Shown here: positions 50,970 through 64,000 of the stretch, one piece after another
How the letters are laid out: every line of letters starts with the position of its first letter
How positions within the stretch are numbered: the stretch's first letter is position 1
Assembly: GCA_964188305.1 (NCBI GenBank)
Contig: OZ076890.1
From: Podarcis bocagei
Lineage: Eukaryota
DNA: 64,000 bases
Direction: 5' to 3' (one strand)
Program-made: the position numbers and the translations under genes
The notes under the pieces: model-generated
The model's database searches: none
Seen by the model: the letters and a program-made list of their open reading frames with translations, nothing else
What the model was told of the DNA's origin: nothing

Positions 50970-53092
50970 CATGTTTCATCTACAGAAGGTCCAAGGTTAA
51001 CTCTTGGCACCTACAGGTAGGGGTACAAAAGACTCCTGGCCGATACCCTTGGGAGGTCTTGCCAGTCAGCGCAGCAAGAAGAAAGACGGAATAAGTACCA
51101 AGGAATCAGAAACAAAAAGGAGGCAATTTCTGGTGATTCTGGTAATTAACTATTTTAATTTAGCTTGATGCATTTCAGAGAAGACACCTTCAATAGGAAC
51201 TGTATGAACACTTCAATTTCTCAACTCCATCAAGATCTGTACCTGTTGGTCAAAACATGAACACTTTATTGCAGATAACTCTAATCACAGGGTGAGACAC
51301 CTGGTCAATGTGGACAATACTGGGCTAATGAGCCAACAATCTAGAGAAGACACTTTCATATGTACTATTAGATGGACCTGTGGTCTGACTCATACTAATG
51401 CAGGGTCCTACTACCTTCCTATGAACCAGGGGACACCTGCATAAAATATGTGCTCTACCACTGAGCTGCACTGAGAAAACACAAAACATATTTAGTGATA
51501 ATTCAAATGAGCAATATTACTTCCCCCCTTTGTGCTGCAGGATTATAAAAGAAAACGGGAAAATAGCAGCAATTGAGATGCAAACACCACATAGTTAATT
51601 TCATTATGAAGGATCCAAACGCTTGCATGTAATAAGGGGAAAATATGATCAAGTGTATGGCCTGAATTGACAGATGGAAGGAAAGAGGAAGGCAGATGTG
51701 CTCTAATTTCTTGATTTTTTGAAAGATGACTAGCGTGCACAGATTAAACTGCTTGCTTGGCATCACTGTCTGAAGTTATACACCAGAGCAATAATGCAGA
51801 TTTTCATGCCCCCACTCAGAATTTTACTCACTAGTGCAGTTTGACATGGAACTCAGGAACAAGTCAAATGCCCAACAGCTGGCGCTCTGCAAGGGAACCG
51901 TGGAACACCAGCCAGGTCCAGCATGTATATCCCTTGAACTAAGCAGAGCCATATGGGAATGCTAGCCTGAATCTTAACCATGGAAATCAAGGGCCAGGTC
52001 AGACAAGCAGCACTTTTCAAAAATTTATGACGCTGAGTTTCTAAGCTAAACCAAAAATGACAGATGAGTTAACAAAGACGGAAGAATACAAGTCGGTCCA
52101 CTTCTTTCCCCTGCAGAGGTAAAGGTGGCTGTGTGATTAAAGCTCAAGTCAGGGAATTGTGGCCAAGCGGTTAGAGCTCTGGCTTCATTAGAAATGTATT
52201 GGGTGACATTAAGTAAGCTTCAGTTAAAGACAAACCATGACTTAATTCAAGTTGAGGAGGAGATAAAACCACCCCTGGACTTTGGACCCCTTAGACTATT
52301 GCAGAGTGCAATATTGGAGCCCAACATTAAACAAGGACTGTAACAAAAACAAAACAAAATCTTCTTTTGATACCTGCGTTCTTGCTAAGGCTCCTTCTTC
52401 TGTTTCTGCTAGCAACAACCAGTTGTCTGCCATTAACTTAAATTACCTCAGTAGGAACTAATTCACGTGTTGCAGTTACTGTGGCCAAGCTGATTTCTGC
52501 CTGTGGAAGTAAACAGTCCCTGGCCTGCTTTCTTGAAACGCAGATTTTTTTAAAAAAGCTGCTGATAAACTGGTTTACTTTAAAAAATAAATAAATTAAA
52601 AATTGCCTACTTATTTTTCTAGGCTTCACTGTAGCTTTTGATACCATACACCACAATATCCTTCTGGATCACCTCTCTGGGTTGGTTATTGGTTATCCCT
52701 ACCACCACTCTCTCTCCCCCTCTCTCTTTTCTCCTCCCCCTTTCCCTCCAGAACACTAGAATAGATTTCAGAAGCTACTTTCACATTAATATTTTAAATG
52801 AATTCTTAATTTAGTATAATCTCCGTGGTCCATACTTCAATTGCTCAGTTTACCAACTATATAAACTTTTAAAAATATGCATTATGAACTAAAACCATAA
52901 ACCTGTGCAGATATGTTCAAACAAATTGTGCACTGATAAATATCTGGAGCCACGCCTTTAAGATTTCATCTGCATGGGCTTCTACAACTAGATTCTGAAT
53001 ATACCTGGCTTTATGTTCAAGATATGCCCTCCATTTTTCAGGGTACAGACTGAATGGACTCAACATGCATGAATGAAATTGATATGCATATA

Positions 53093-53318
53093 TAGTGGTA
53101 CCTTGGGTTAAGAACTTAATTCATTCTGGAGGTCTGTTCTTAACCTGAAACTGTTCTTAACCTGAGGTACCACTTTAGCTAATGGGGCCTCCCACTGCCG
53201 CCACCCCGCCACCATGCAATTTCTGTTCTCATCCTGAAGCAAAGTTCTTAACCCGAGGTACTATTCCTGGGATAGCAGAGTCTGTAACCTGAAGCGTCTG
53301 TAACCCAAAGTACCACTG
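53093..53318 (-). mobile_element. Tigger/pogo-type MITE
   Basis: Reverse-orientation homologue of 23732-23949; TA TSD. Confidence 0.92.
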
Positions 53319-54603
53319 TACCCTTGTACCAGAGCATTGGCTATTGAACTTCACTCCGCCACAGACATACACATGTGACACGTTCAGCTGAATGTGCTTT
53401 GAACATCTGCCCTGCTCTACTGTCTTTAGTAAACAAGGCCTCAAAATCAGGTACCGAAGAATCTAGACTATACTTTTGCATCTTCTAAAAAGCAGGAAAT
53501 GCAGAAAACATCACAGTAAAGACAAAGGGATTCAACATCCTATCCCCCAGCAAGAAAACTGACTCATCACATCCCCGTCAGTCGCAAAAGCAGATGTGAC
53601 AAATGTTTGTGCTGAGCCATTCCTCCAATATCAATTCTTCACCACTGTACAAATGGCAAGTTTTGCTGGCATCAAACAAACATTCTGAGTGTGTTTCCTT
53701 GCGATTGCCTTTAATTTCGTATTGCAGTGATTAATCAGAGCAAATGTCTTTATTTTCTGCTGTTTTAACTACAAGAAATGATCGCTTCAGTTTTTATCCT
53801 ATTATAAGGATTGTTGCAAAAATGGGAAACAATTAACACTGGGTTTAATGTGCAAGGGCTATAGAGCTGAAGTAATTGCGCTCAAGCTCTGCTAACTTTG
53901 TAATGAGGCATTTGGTTGCAAGCTGCTCACGAATGATTCTCAGAGAGGAACTAACACTTGGAGGAAGAAGGCAGGTGTGCCAGAAAAGCAGACATGTTGG
54001 CAAAACAAATTAAGACTCTGAAGGGGAAAAGAAGCAGAAACCAGAGAACATTCTCATCAGGAATCCGCTGCCTAAGCTCTGACTACAGCTGATTAAACCA
54101 ATTTGTAGCCAGGCTATTGCAGAGTGTGAGACTGCACATGCAAATGTGTAAATTTGAGCTGTGTGCAGAAATCTGCATCCAGAAAAGCCACAATTTCCAT
54201 TTAGAAAACAAACAAGCCTACCACCACCACATTTCTAGTCCTTGCATAGCCCATCAAGGTAAATATAGTTGGCTGCCTCCTAGGGATTGGAAAAAGAGTG
54301 AGGGGTCTTTCACATGGTTCACACATCATGCCAAGTTAAACCATGAATTAGCACAAAAGCATGTGTGTGTGTGAACATCACAGCTGCTTCAGACCTCCCT
54401 AGTCGTGTTGCTGCTACACGATGATAAGCTCAGCCATGGTTTGGCTTAGCATGCCATCTGAACCGAATCTCATGGTTTAGCTCTTCTAGACAAACCATGA
54501 GCCATAAAGCGTAGGACAACCACTGATTACAGATTAGCCATCTTGTGCCAGAAGGGGCTGAGCAGAGCTTCAGTGATAAGTGTGGATCAGATGCACATAT
54601 ATA

Positions 54604-54824
54604 CAGTGATATCTCGGGTACTTAATTCCTTCTGGAGGTCTATTCTTAACCGGAAACTGTTCTTAACCCAAAGCACCACTTTAGCTAATGGGGTCTCCCA
54701 CTGCTGCCGCACCGCCACTGCACAATTTCTGTTCTCATCCTGAAGCAAAGTTCTTAACCCAAGGTACTATTTCTGGGTTAGCGGAGTCTGTCACCTGAAG
54801 CATATGTAACCCGAAGTACCACTG
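54604..54824 (-). mobile_element. Tigger/pogo-type MITE
   Basis: Same family as 53093; TA TSD. Confidence 0.9.
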
Positions 54825-57800
54825 TAATACACATATATAATTTGGTTAATTTATTCAGGTCAAAGGAATCAGCTTTTGTTGCCACAGAAAGTACTCTCTA
54901 CTGTTCTGTGTTGAGAGTACTTAAAAAAAAATAGCACAAAACACACAGACCAATAATGATTTAAAACATAACTGTAACACAAGAGTGAATCAACTTAATT
55001 AAAGGAAGAAGAGGTGAGATTTCCATTTGCAATTGGAATACACAAACCAGCAGGGCTTGGTAGACATGTTCAAAGTAGACAAGTACTCAGGATGTTTCAA
55101 CTGCAGTTCATCCCACATGGAACAAATGACCCATTTGCAAGAGTTACACTTACAGTATTTGACTTCACACAATGAAATTTGAAGACTTTAACTTCAGAGT
55201 TTGAAAGCTTATATCTGAATCCTATTTCTCCTGGAACTGGCAGAACAGAAGGCTTACTTGCTTTTTAGCTTAAGGCTGGTTACTGATTTTCCTTTTTTGT
55301 TTTTGTTTATATCTAGAAAAAAATAATGCAATGTGATAATACATTCTTTTCCTTTTAAAAATCAGAATAGTTTCAACGGCACAAAGTTCCAGTTACATCA
55401 CAAGCCGAACTCTCGATTTGTTCTGACTGTGAGACTTTAATTAAAGCGAACTGCCTGGTCCACCCAAGGTTTTCACGCCATTTCTAAGCCAAAGGGATAT
55501 AAGATGTGATAACCGATGACAGCTCGAGGACAGCAACAAATAACAGTCTAATTTCTGTGCACCTGCCCATCATGTATTCAGCTCAGTGTTCCCGCTCTGT
55601 CCTTTGCCTAAAACCACCAATCTCAGTCACCCTTTCCCATTATCTGTCACCTAGCCAAAGGGACATCATACAAGGAAAGAAATGTGAATGACATGTATAT
55701 GAGCACACACATGTGTACTCATATTCACAATTTAATCATCTGGCACTTTCAAAGCTCTCTGACCTGGGAGCAACAGTTGAGGAATGATGCCAAAAGGGTG
55801 GAGAATGACCATGTCAGCAGCTAAGAATTTCTTGGGAGGCAAACAATCCCATTTGCTGAGATAGCTTTCACCAGACGAAACAGGCATGCTCTCTTTTAGA
55901 CACTTAATAGAACTCTAAAATATTTTCCCTCTGCACTGGGCAAAATTTGACCAAGGCTAGGATGGCAAGCACATGTTTCTTCACATGTAAGATTCCAATG
56001 GAGCCGTCTGAATAGACAGCTGGTATACTCTGATGCCAAAACACTGAAATCAGTTTGGACCACACTGCTGATCTTCAAAGGTCTCAGAAATCCATTTGCT
56101 GCTACCCTTTCAGAAAAGGGGAGGGGGAGCCAAGAGACATTCTAAACAAATTGTGTTTGGAGATAAATATACTGAAGTTTTTTGTGGCTTCCTGTATCAT
56201 AACCATTGCAGGGCATCACCCTGTTTCACCTTAGTGCTTATGTACCCTGGCTATCAGAACCAATGGAATAATCAAAAGCACAGAATTCATATCCTCCAAC
56301 ATTTCTCTGATTAAAATAGGAATGTTCTATTCTACATCAGGAAGCTCCCCATGTGTTTTATCTCCTGCACACATAGACGCATCAACATTTGTCACCTTGA
56401 GCCAACTGCAACCACTCTGCCTCACCTACCTCACAGGATTGTTGTAAAGAAAAAAAAATGTGTGAGTGAAGGGATCATGCACAACACCTTCTACAGATAA
56501 AGGGAATGAAATAAATTTTGGTGGTAAGCTGCCTTGAGTCTCTGTGAGGGAAAAAGGCAGAATAACATAGGAACTGTGAGACTAATGAACATGCCAGAGA
56601 GCAAATCCTATTGAACTCAGTGGGACCTACTGTAGTTCTAAGTAAAAATGCTTAAGACTGCAGTGTAAGGCTGCCCAGTCTTCACCCAGTTACCTGGGAG
56701 TAAGCTCCATTGAATACAGTGGGACTTCCGAGCAGACAGTGTAAGGCTCCATTTACAATAAAGGAATCAACACTCCACATGTTTCATTTGAAAAATCTAG
56801 CTGCTGAGGCATTGCAATTTAAGGTGGATTGGTGACATTTTCCTTCAAAATTATAGGAAGGGCTCTGTATACCAGCTTCACCATTTTCTTCATTTGATGC
56901 AGGTATTTTATTTTCAGTATAAACAGAACTCTGTTTTAGCACCTACACAAAGGAACACACCACTTTTAATTGTTCTCTGATATGTGGAGGGAAAGAAAAA
57001 TAAGAATTGGGACATTCCAGGGTCAAATTCCAGTGCAAAGCTAAGTTTTGACCCTCACGTTAATTTTAGAAGCACAGATCAAGTCATTTTATACAGGAAT
57101 TTGGAATTTGCACAAATTTAAATCTTCAAGAATTTCTAATGTCTGCATCATTTGTAGTCCATGAATTATCATCCATCAGCCATGTACTGTGGTCCATCAA
57201 GGCGACATTGCTTAGGTAAGACTCCTGCTTTGCTGAATGACTGGGACTGCAAAATAGGGGTGGGTTGCAGCTACAAGGCATGGCATGTGGACTGCACTGT
57301 TGGACCTGGAGAGTCACAAAGTTGTGGAGGCCCATTCTAGACCTACTAATCCTTACTGAAGAAGGAAAACAAAATCATTCTGGAAAAGAAATACTTCAGC
57401 ACAGTCATTAAGAAATCAGAAAGCCCTATGAATGGAAGTTCCACTGTGACATGCTTAAGAAGGATTTGTTCTGAATGTAAAGCTCTAGGATTATTTACTA
57501 ATTAAAACTGTTTTAGCACAGAGAAATCCCTTGAGATTTACCTCCTGTTTCCAAGGGTGCAGGAGTGTGAAATTATGGATGAACAAACTATAGCACTATA
57601 ATTCCCTTCTGCCAGTTTAATGAAAAGGTTTGAAGTGAACTGGCAAAATTAGTTCCTAGCACTTTTACCCACCAGTGAATACAATTTATGTTTTTCTGTG
57701 AAAAGGTAAACATGCTTCCAAGACCATTAATCTGAAGGAAGAAGATAAATATAGCTACTTTTCCTATCAAGGTCAGCGCCCGTTTTTCAAAAAGTGGTAT

Positions 57801-58395
57801 TGATATTCCTATTATTATTATTATTATTATTACATATATATATATATATATATATATATCACAAAATACATCAACAAACAAATAAAACTCCAGGCCAGAG
57901 AAAAAGTCCAACAACTAAAATAGCACGGCAACTAACTAGCATAATATTTTTTAACATTATGTGTCTTATATGGAGCAAGACAATAACCACTATTGTATTT
58001 GCTAAACATAGGGACTTAAGCCAACATAGACAATATCAACCAATTAAATATTTTTCCAAATTGTCACATATTGGACTGGAAGTGTCCTTGTTCTGTCAGG
58101 CTTATTCGTAGGAAAAATTAACCTGTTCTGCAAAAAAACCTGTCCTGCTTTGCTAGCCCCTTGATGACATCAACATGGATGTAATGCGTAGGTTCAGGGC
58201 TGGCCAAGACATTTTGGCACCTGTGGCAGACCCCAAAATGATGCTGCTCTCTCCACCAGGGAAGAAGGGGTGTGGAAAGACAGGGGTGGGCAGAGAGATC
58301 ACATCGTTATTTGCTGCCCCTGTGGATCCTGCCACCTGAGGCAATCACCTCATCATGCCTCATGGGTGGACCAGCCCCACATAGGTTTCTACATA

Positions 58396-58784
58396 CCGTA
58401 TTTTTCGCCCCATAGGGCGCACCAGCCCATAGGTCGCACCTAGGTTTTTTTGGGGGGGATAAAGAAAAGAAATTTAAATTAAATAAATTTTATTTTCCCC
58501 CCAGGCATGGGGCTGGCACGGGGGAAGCCCGAGCTTCCCCCGACCCCAGCCCCCAGAACAAGCTGCTATCCGCAAGCCTAGGGAGCCCGGTGGGAAGTTG
58601 CGCAGCTCTCCCATGGTTTGCGGATAGCTTCCTGAAGCCTGGAGAGCGAGAGGGGTTGGTGCGCACCGACCCCTCTCACTCTCCAGGCTTCAGCGAAAGC
58701 CTGCATTCGCCCCATAGGATGCACACACATTTCCCCTTCATTCTTGGAGGGGAAAAAGTGCGTCCTATAGGGCGAAAAATACGG
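58396..58784. mobile_element. Tc2/pogo-type MITE
   Basis: TIRs ccgtatttttcgccc / gggcgaaaaatacgg and TA TSD. Confidence 0.92.
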
Positions 58785-59399
58785 TAATAACTGTTTTCCA
58801 AAGTTTCTTGTTCCAGATATTAACATAAGCATCCTATTGTTCTTTCATAGTTGTGTTATCACAGGTCCAGTAGAAAAACCACACAAATCAAATCAAGCCC
58901 CGCCATACTGTATTCCCCCTTTTCTACAACAAACATTGAATGCAACATTAGTTTGGGTGTTTCAACAATAGTATTCCCAGTTATGACATGGATTTCCTTG
59001 AATACCTTTCCCCCCAAACTCACGGCCTACAGATATTCCCATCACATATGAATATAAATACCTTATTGACGCCAACGGTCTGGGGACATTGTATCCAACT
59101 CATGCATCAATCTTGCTAAAGTTGAATACACAATCTTTGGATTGTTTTTAATATATTCTCTCTGATATATGCAGAAACAGATCAAAGTGGTTGCACCTTC
59201 CAGATTCTGTCTCTTTGACTAGGTGGCATTTCCTCTCCAGTTAAATATTAAAGAGGGCAAAGATGCCAGAAAGCCTAAAATTCTATATTTGAAATACTAA
59301 CAACTGAGGTGTTGTTGTTTAAAATAGTAAATGTGGCATCGATTGCACAATCCTAGGCTTCCGCAATCTGTATTACAAGTCCACCACAGTGCACCAGTA

Positions 59400-59905
59400 G
59401 CAAGATGAACTCACTGGTTTTGATGTCAGTCTGGAGCTGCAAAAACTGAAGGATGGCAAGTATATTGCAGGTCACAAGGGTCAGGAGCCGAAGTCAAGTG
59501 TAGGTCAGCAATAAAAAACACGGTCTAGTCATCACAGCAACTCTTTTCAAGGTCTTGCCCCAATGAGGCAGTTGCGAGGACTGAAGGATCCCCTCATCCC
59601 AGCATATGAGTCTCTTCCTATCTAGGGTCTTTTCCAAGCAATTGCAAAATGTGTCTGCACACAACCAATCTCTGTTCTGCTCTTTTGATTTCTCTGCATG
59701 TTCAACTCTGCCTCTTGACCCCCCTCCTCTCCAGCCTCTGCTTCTGCCTCTGATTCTAAACTGCTCTCTGCCAGCACCTCTTCATGCTCCCTAAAGCCTG
59801 TTGCCTCTACTGCTTCCGACACCTCCTCCTCCCAGGCTTCTCCCTCTGACAACTCATTGTCATCCCACCACCAATCCCCTGGCTCTCAGACTTCTTCCTC
59901 TGGGG
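59400..59905 (-). mobile_element. Degenerate LTR-like remnant
   Basis: Pyrimidine-rich block (purine-rich on the minus strand) resembling lacertid Gypsy LTRs as recalled; ends unclear. Confidence 0.4.
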
Positions 59906-59908
59906 GTT

Positions 59909-60212
59909 GCCTAGGTCTTGCCGATCAGAAGGTCAGTGGTTCGAATGGGGTGAGCTCCCATTATTGGGTCCCTGCTCCTGCCAACCTAGCAGTTTGAAAG
60001 CATGTCAAAGTGCAAGTAGATAAATAGGTACCGCTCCGGCGGGAAGGTAAACGGCGTTTCCATGCGCTGCTCTGGTTTCACCAGAAGTCATGCTGTCCAC
60101 ATGACCCGGAAGCGGTATGCCGGCTCCCTCAGCCAGTAAAGCGAGATGAGCGCCACAACCCCAGAGTAGTTCACAACTGGACCTAATGGTGAGGAATCCC
60201 TTTACCTTTACC
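59909..60212 (+). mobile_element. Sauria SINE, 5'-truncated
   Basis: Colinear with 40280-40598; cctttacctttacc tail. Confidence 0.93.
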
Positions 60213-60278
60213 CAGATGCTTAGAAAGTTGAGGTAATTTTAATCTATTTAAGTAGCTTAACTTTTGTATGCTTTAAAG

Positions 60279-60413
60279 CAGGCATGCCCAAACTCAGCCC
60301 TCCAGATGTTTTGGGACTACAATTCCCATCATCCCTGACCACTGGCCCTGTTAGCTAGGGATGATGGGAGTTGTAGTCCCAAAACATCTGGAGGGCCGAA
60401 TTTGGGATTGCTG
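60279..60413. mobile_element. Palindromic hAT MITE
   Basis: Near-perfect hairpin ccctccagatgttttgggactacaa / ttgtagtcccaaaacatctggaggg and TSD ctttaaag. Confidence 0.92.
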
Positions 60414-61375
60414 CTTTAAAGGATTCCCCTGCTCTATTTTATTGTTTTATCTTTTTGTAAACCACTCTGAGGTTGAGGGGAGGGTTCCAATCAAGTGGTT
60501 AAACAAACAAACAAACAAACAAACTTGAGACTCAAAGGGAGGATTCTGGAAGAGAGGGAGTTGTGTGTGGCATGGGTCTAGGGCATTTTTTTGTGCCCCC
60601 TTTCTGCCATAGGATGGCTTAACAAAATCTATTAAAATCATTTATGCTTTGTACACAATCAGGAACAATAAAAGCTGCAGTTAAATAATCAGCAGCAGAC
60701 AGATGAACTCGACAAGGCAAAATAACAAGACAATTTACCTTCCAAAAGTTCAAGTACTGTAAACAATCCTCAAATCTGAACATAAAATCTTCAAGTATTA
60801 GCTGCCCTTTTCTCTACTTTGATTATTGGCATTTCTGAGCCAAGTATAAACTTGTCAAGTTGTTAGATATATTGACAATGCAGGAAAGCATATATTCTCT
60901 AAGTCTAATATGCACATTTAAAAAAAAATGCTTTAGTGTTAAGCCAAAACTAGGTATATTTATTTAGTAAGCAAATTGCTGCTACTATTAAATAAACGTT
61001 GTTGGTTGGTTGGAAGACTTTCAGCACTATGGTTCAAGTTAATGGAAAGGAGGGGCAGAAAAAGCCCACTCACAAGATTTGTCAGTTTAAATGTGCTCTC
61101 ACACAGCAATTGCATGCTTGGAGGATCAGAGCCAAACTAATTCATTCATTGTTCTCATTACATATGAAATAATACGATTCCTTGGAATTGCAACTCTCCA
61201 AAATAATTCCATTGCCTCATTTCAGAATCTAATCCTGAGCAAACTAGAATCATAACCCAATTATCCAAGCACTAGTTTCATCAAAAGCACATTTAGCGGG
61301 TAAATATTTCTCTTCTTCTCACAGATTTTTATTTACAAATGCTTAAGTGGGAAAAGCTTCAAACAGCTAATTGAG

Positions 61376-61377
<2 letters not shown>

Positions 61378-61415
<38 letters not shown>
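61378..61415. repeat. (CA)n microsatellite
   Basis: Seen directly. Confidence 0.95.
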
Positions 61416-61417
<2 letters not shown>

Positions 61418-61846
61418 CATACTGATGTATCTGTTGTGATAGAAATATTAACATGCCTACTCAGAAGTAAATATGTTTGCTCCTAGGTATGTGGGGTTGG
61501 GATTGCAGCCTAAATTCTCATTCCCTTATAATTTCTCAAAAACAATTAGGCAGCACAGCTTGCAGGTACATGCTACCTACCATTTCCTTCTTCTCCCATA
61601 TCCAGAATGTTGCCCAATGTTGCCCAACTTTCATCCAAGAAGATCATAAATAAAATCATGGTACCCAGTTATTATTATTATTATTTTCTTCTTCTTCTAA
61701 GAATTCTAGTAATCAGTTCCTGCAACAGGGATGAGCAAATATTTCTGGCCCATGTCACTATTGCATGTTTTTACCCATAATTCAGTTCCATTTCATTTTT
61801 GCATTAAGGTTTTGAAACTATTGACCATGGTATCATTCTTGACAGG

Positions 61847-62806
61847 TGATGCGGATCCCACCACTTCCACCAAAATGTAGAGATCCCCCTCCCTCCACCC
61901 TGGCTACCAATTGCAGCAGTTCCCACCTATATATACTCTATATAACCACCACGGGTTATCTTATGGTTTTTGTATGACGGAGACTCAGGCAGAAGTTGAA
62001 CAAATAAGCCATATTTATTTAACAGAACGAAGCTGATAAAACAAAGGATGTGTCAGGAGATAATGTTCTTTCGGAAAACAGTTAACTTATTATTAACTGT
62101 ACTAAATCTAGTGGGTGTTACAGGCTTCTAAACAAGGTAGTAAGCACACAGCTTCTTTTAAATGTTGGTTGCTTAATTCAGTTATTACTCCGCAGTTAGA
62201 TGTTACAGGTTTCTAGACTAGATGGTGAATGCTTAGCTTATTTCCAGTTATTCTGCTTCAGTTCCTTAGCTTAGTTGTTGCATAGGTGTTACAGCTTAAT
62301 CCTTGGGTTCTTAAACAAGGTGTATTTCTGTCTGTTACCCAGCCTTTTGACATTCACACTCCTGGGGTATTTCCAAATAGTACAACAGATCCAGGGGGGT
62401 CACCACACCCCTCTTAACTGGCTTGGGAGTCTTCTCTTCCTAGAAGATCTCTCCCCTCCTGACTGGAGATGGTACCCAAGGAGACAGTGTCCTCACAGTT
62501 TCTACTTCTCCCGGGTCAAACTCAGCCCTCCAGTTCACTCCTGTCTTTCTATCTAAGCTTAGAGACTTCCTTCTCTGGCTACAGATATTTTCCTCAGAGT
62601 GGATTTTACACGCATAGATCCGAACCAACTCTCACTCCCTCCTGCTCTCTCTTAAACCATCTCCCTCTCTGAACCCTCTCAAGAAACAGCTCCTTTTATT
62701 TTCTCTCCCAAACTGCTGGCTCCACCCCCCGACTGGTAGCCAATCAGAGAGAGGCTCCAGCCCTCTGGTGGAATTCTGTGGGACTGCATAAACTATCTGT
62801 CACACA
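61847..62806 (-). mobile_element. Solo LTR (about 960 bp)
   Basis: TG...CA ends with 5-bp TSD acagg. Minus-strand order is CCAAT-type box (about 62740), ATAAAAGG TATA-like (about 62695), then AATAAA (about 62015). Confidence 0.7.
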
Positions 62807-62876
62807 ACAGGCTGTTTGAGTTGGAAAGTGGGGCACTGATTCTGCTCTTGTTTGGGGTCCCACTCGGCTATAATTT

Positions 62877-62955
62877 ACTATTTTTAACATCTATATGTTA
62901 CAATAATCCATCTATACTTTTTAACATCTATATTCACTATTTTTAACATCTATAT
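62877..62955. repeat. Three copies of tttttaacatctatat
   Basis: Seen directly, next to the 5' end of an L2 fragment. Confidence 0.85.
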
Positions 62956-62957
62956 TA

Positions 62958-63330
62958 GGTCATCCAGAGTTCAGGGGCAAGGTGTCATCAACATGCAGAT
63001 GATACCTAACTTTCTCATTTCCATCAAATTTAGGGGAGACAGAGGAAATGCTAAACCATTGCCCATGTGTTGGAAGGGATGAGATGAGGGCCAACAAATG
63101 GAAGCTTAGTCCAGACAAAACAGAGGCACTGCCACACCAAGTGTGCTTTGTCTGCCCAGGCGAATGATGTGTCCAGCCACTTTTGGAGCAGGTCATATTA
63201 CATCTAAAGAACTGAATGCATAATTTCAAATGCACCTTTGCCCCTGGAGATGCAGGTCACCTTTGTTGCACTGAGCACTTTCACCAGCTTAGCCTGATGT
63301 GCCAGTTATGACTATACCTGGCTGCAAAAC
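62958..63330 (+). mobile_element. L2 LINE RT fragment
   Basis: CHQHADDT and MRANKWKLSPDKTE motifs. Confidence 0.75.
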
Positions 63331-64000
63331 ATTGTACATTGGTGCACCTGGTGAATAGCTAAATTTCCATCAGCACTTATTCTGGGGGTGTGGATTTGGT
63401 GATTTGATGCTGGGATTCACAAAGATTCTCAAGAATCCCTGACCTGGAGTAAATATATCCAGTGATAGTTTCACAAAGCATGGGGAGCAGAAGAAAGGAA
63501 CATATTCCAATCTTTATGCTGCATCTATCTTCCAGACATGTACAACTCACAGCTCATGAACTCAAAGGCATTCTAGACATATAAAGCAAGGCTACCAAAG
63601 TGACCGATCAACTTTCATTTTTCTGTGTATGTCTGTGATTGAGAAAATGAAAGGGTTGTCAAGGCACAAACCGTCATTGGTGGGGTTAATCTGGTTTAGT
63701 GGGTCAAAAACTGTGCAGGTTTATCAGAGAGAGAGAAGTATCAAGTCTGCATACATACACTGGTGGGTTGATTCTTATCATACATATTCCTTCCATCATG
63801 TGAACAGGTCTCCCAAAGTTAGGTGCCCTTTGTTTCCCGCTAAGCAAGTTAAGTCTGTTAAGAGCTTGGTCTGCAGGCTACAATCATGAAATGATACTGC
63901 ATTGTTAATAATAATCGCCTGTTAATTGTACCACCAATTGAAAAGCTCTTTGCAGCTTACTAAATGAATCACTCTATCACCTCTTCTGCCTGGTTAGTGC

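Larger units (their letters stand above)
1..64000 (-). other. PCDH9: Probable PCDH9 transcription unit (intronic apart from one exon)
   Basis: Contains an internal PCDH9 exon with both splice sites. The neighbouring PCDH9 exons were not recognised in the window, consistent with the very long introns known for this gene. Confidence 0.75.

Overview
Vertebrate (squamate, most likely lacertid lizard, inferred from the repeat families) genomic DNA with two assembly gaps. The only recognisable host coding sequence is one 202-bp internal exon of protocadherin-9 (PCDH9) on the minus strand (31641-31842), encoding the cytoplasmic RRVTF (PP1-binding CM3) and CM1 region, so the rest of the window is probably PCDH9 intron. 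The introns hold many transposable elements: Sauria and Squam3 SINEs, Bov-B, L2, CR1 and Rex1 LINE fragments, hAT and Tc1/pogo MITEs with target-site duplications (TSDs), solo LTRs and a Penelope-derived fragment. The three most interesting observations are: (1) an apparently complete 1.87-kb poly(A) retro-insertion with a perfect 18-bp TSD, an L1-type 5' promoter signature and one intact 200-aa ORF with no RT/EN or recognisable L1 ORF1 motifs, nested in a Rex1 LINE; (2) a candidate alternative last exon of PCDH9 only 73 nt downstream of the known exon, giving a short tail ending -EHQV that echoes the canonical -EHQL; (3) a minimal type I hammerhead ribozyme in a 92-bp Penelope-type insertion. 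Family names come from recalled consensus sequences, not database searches, and boundaries without TSDs are approximate.
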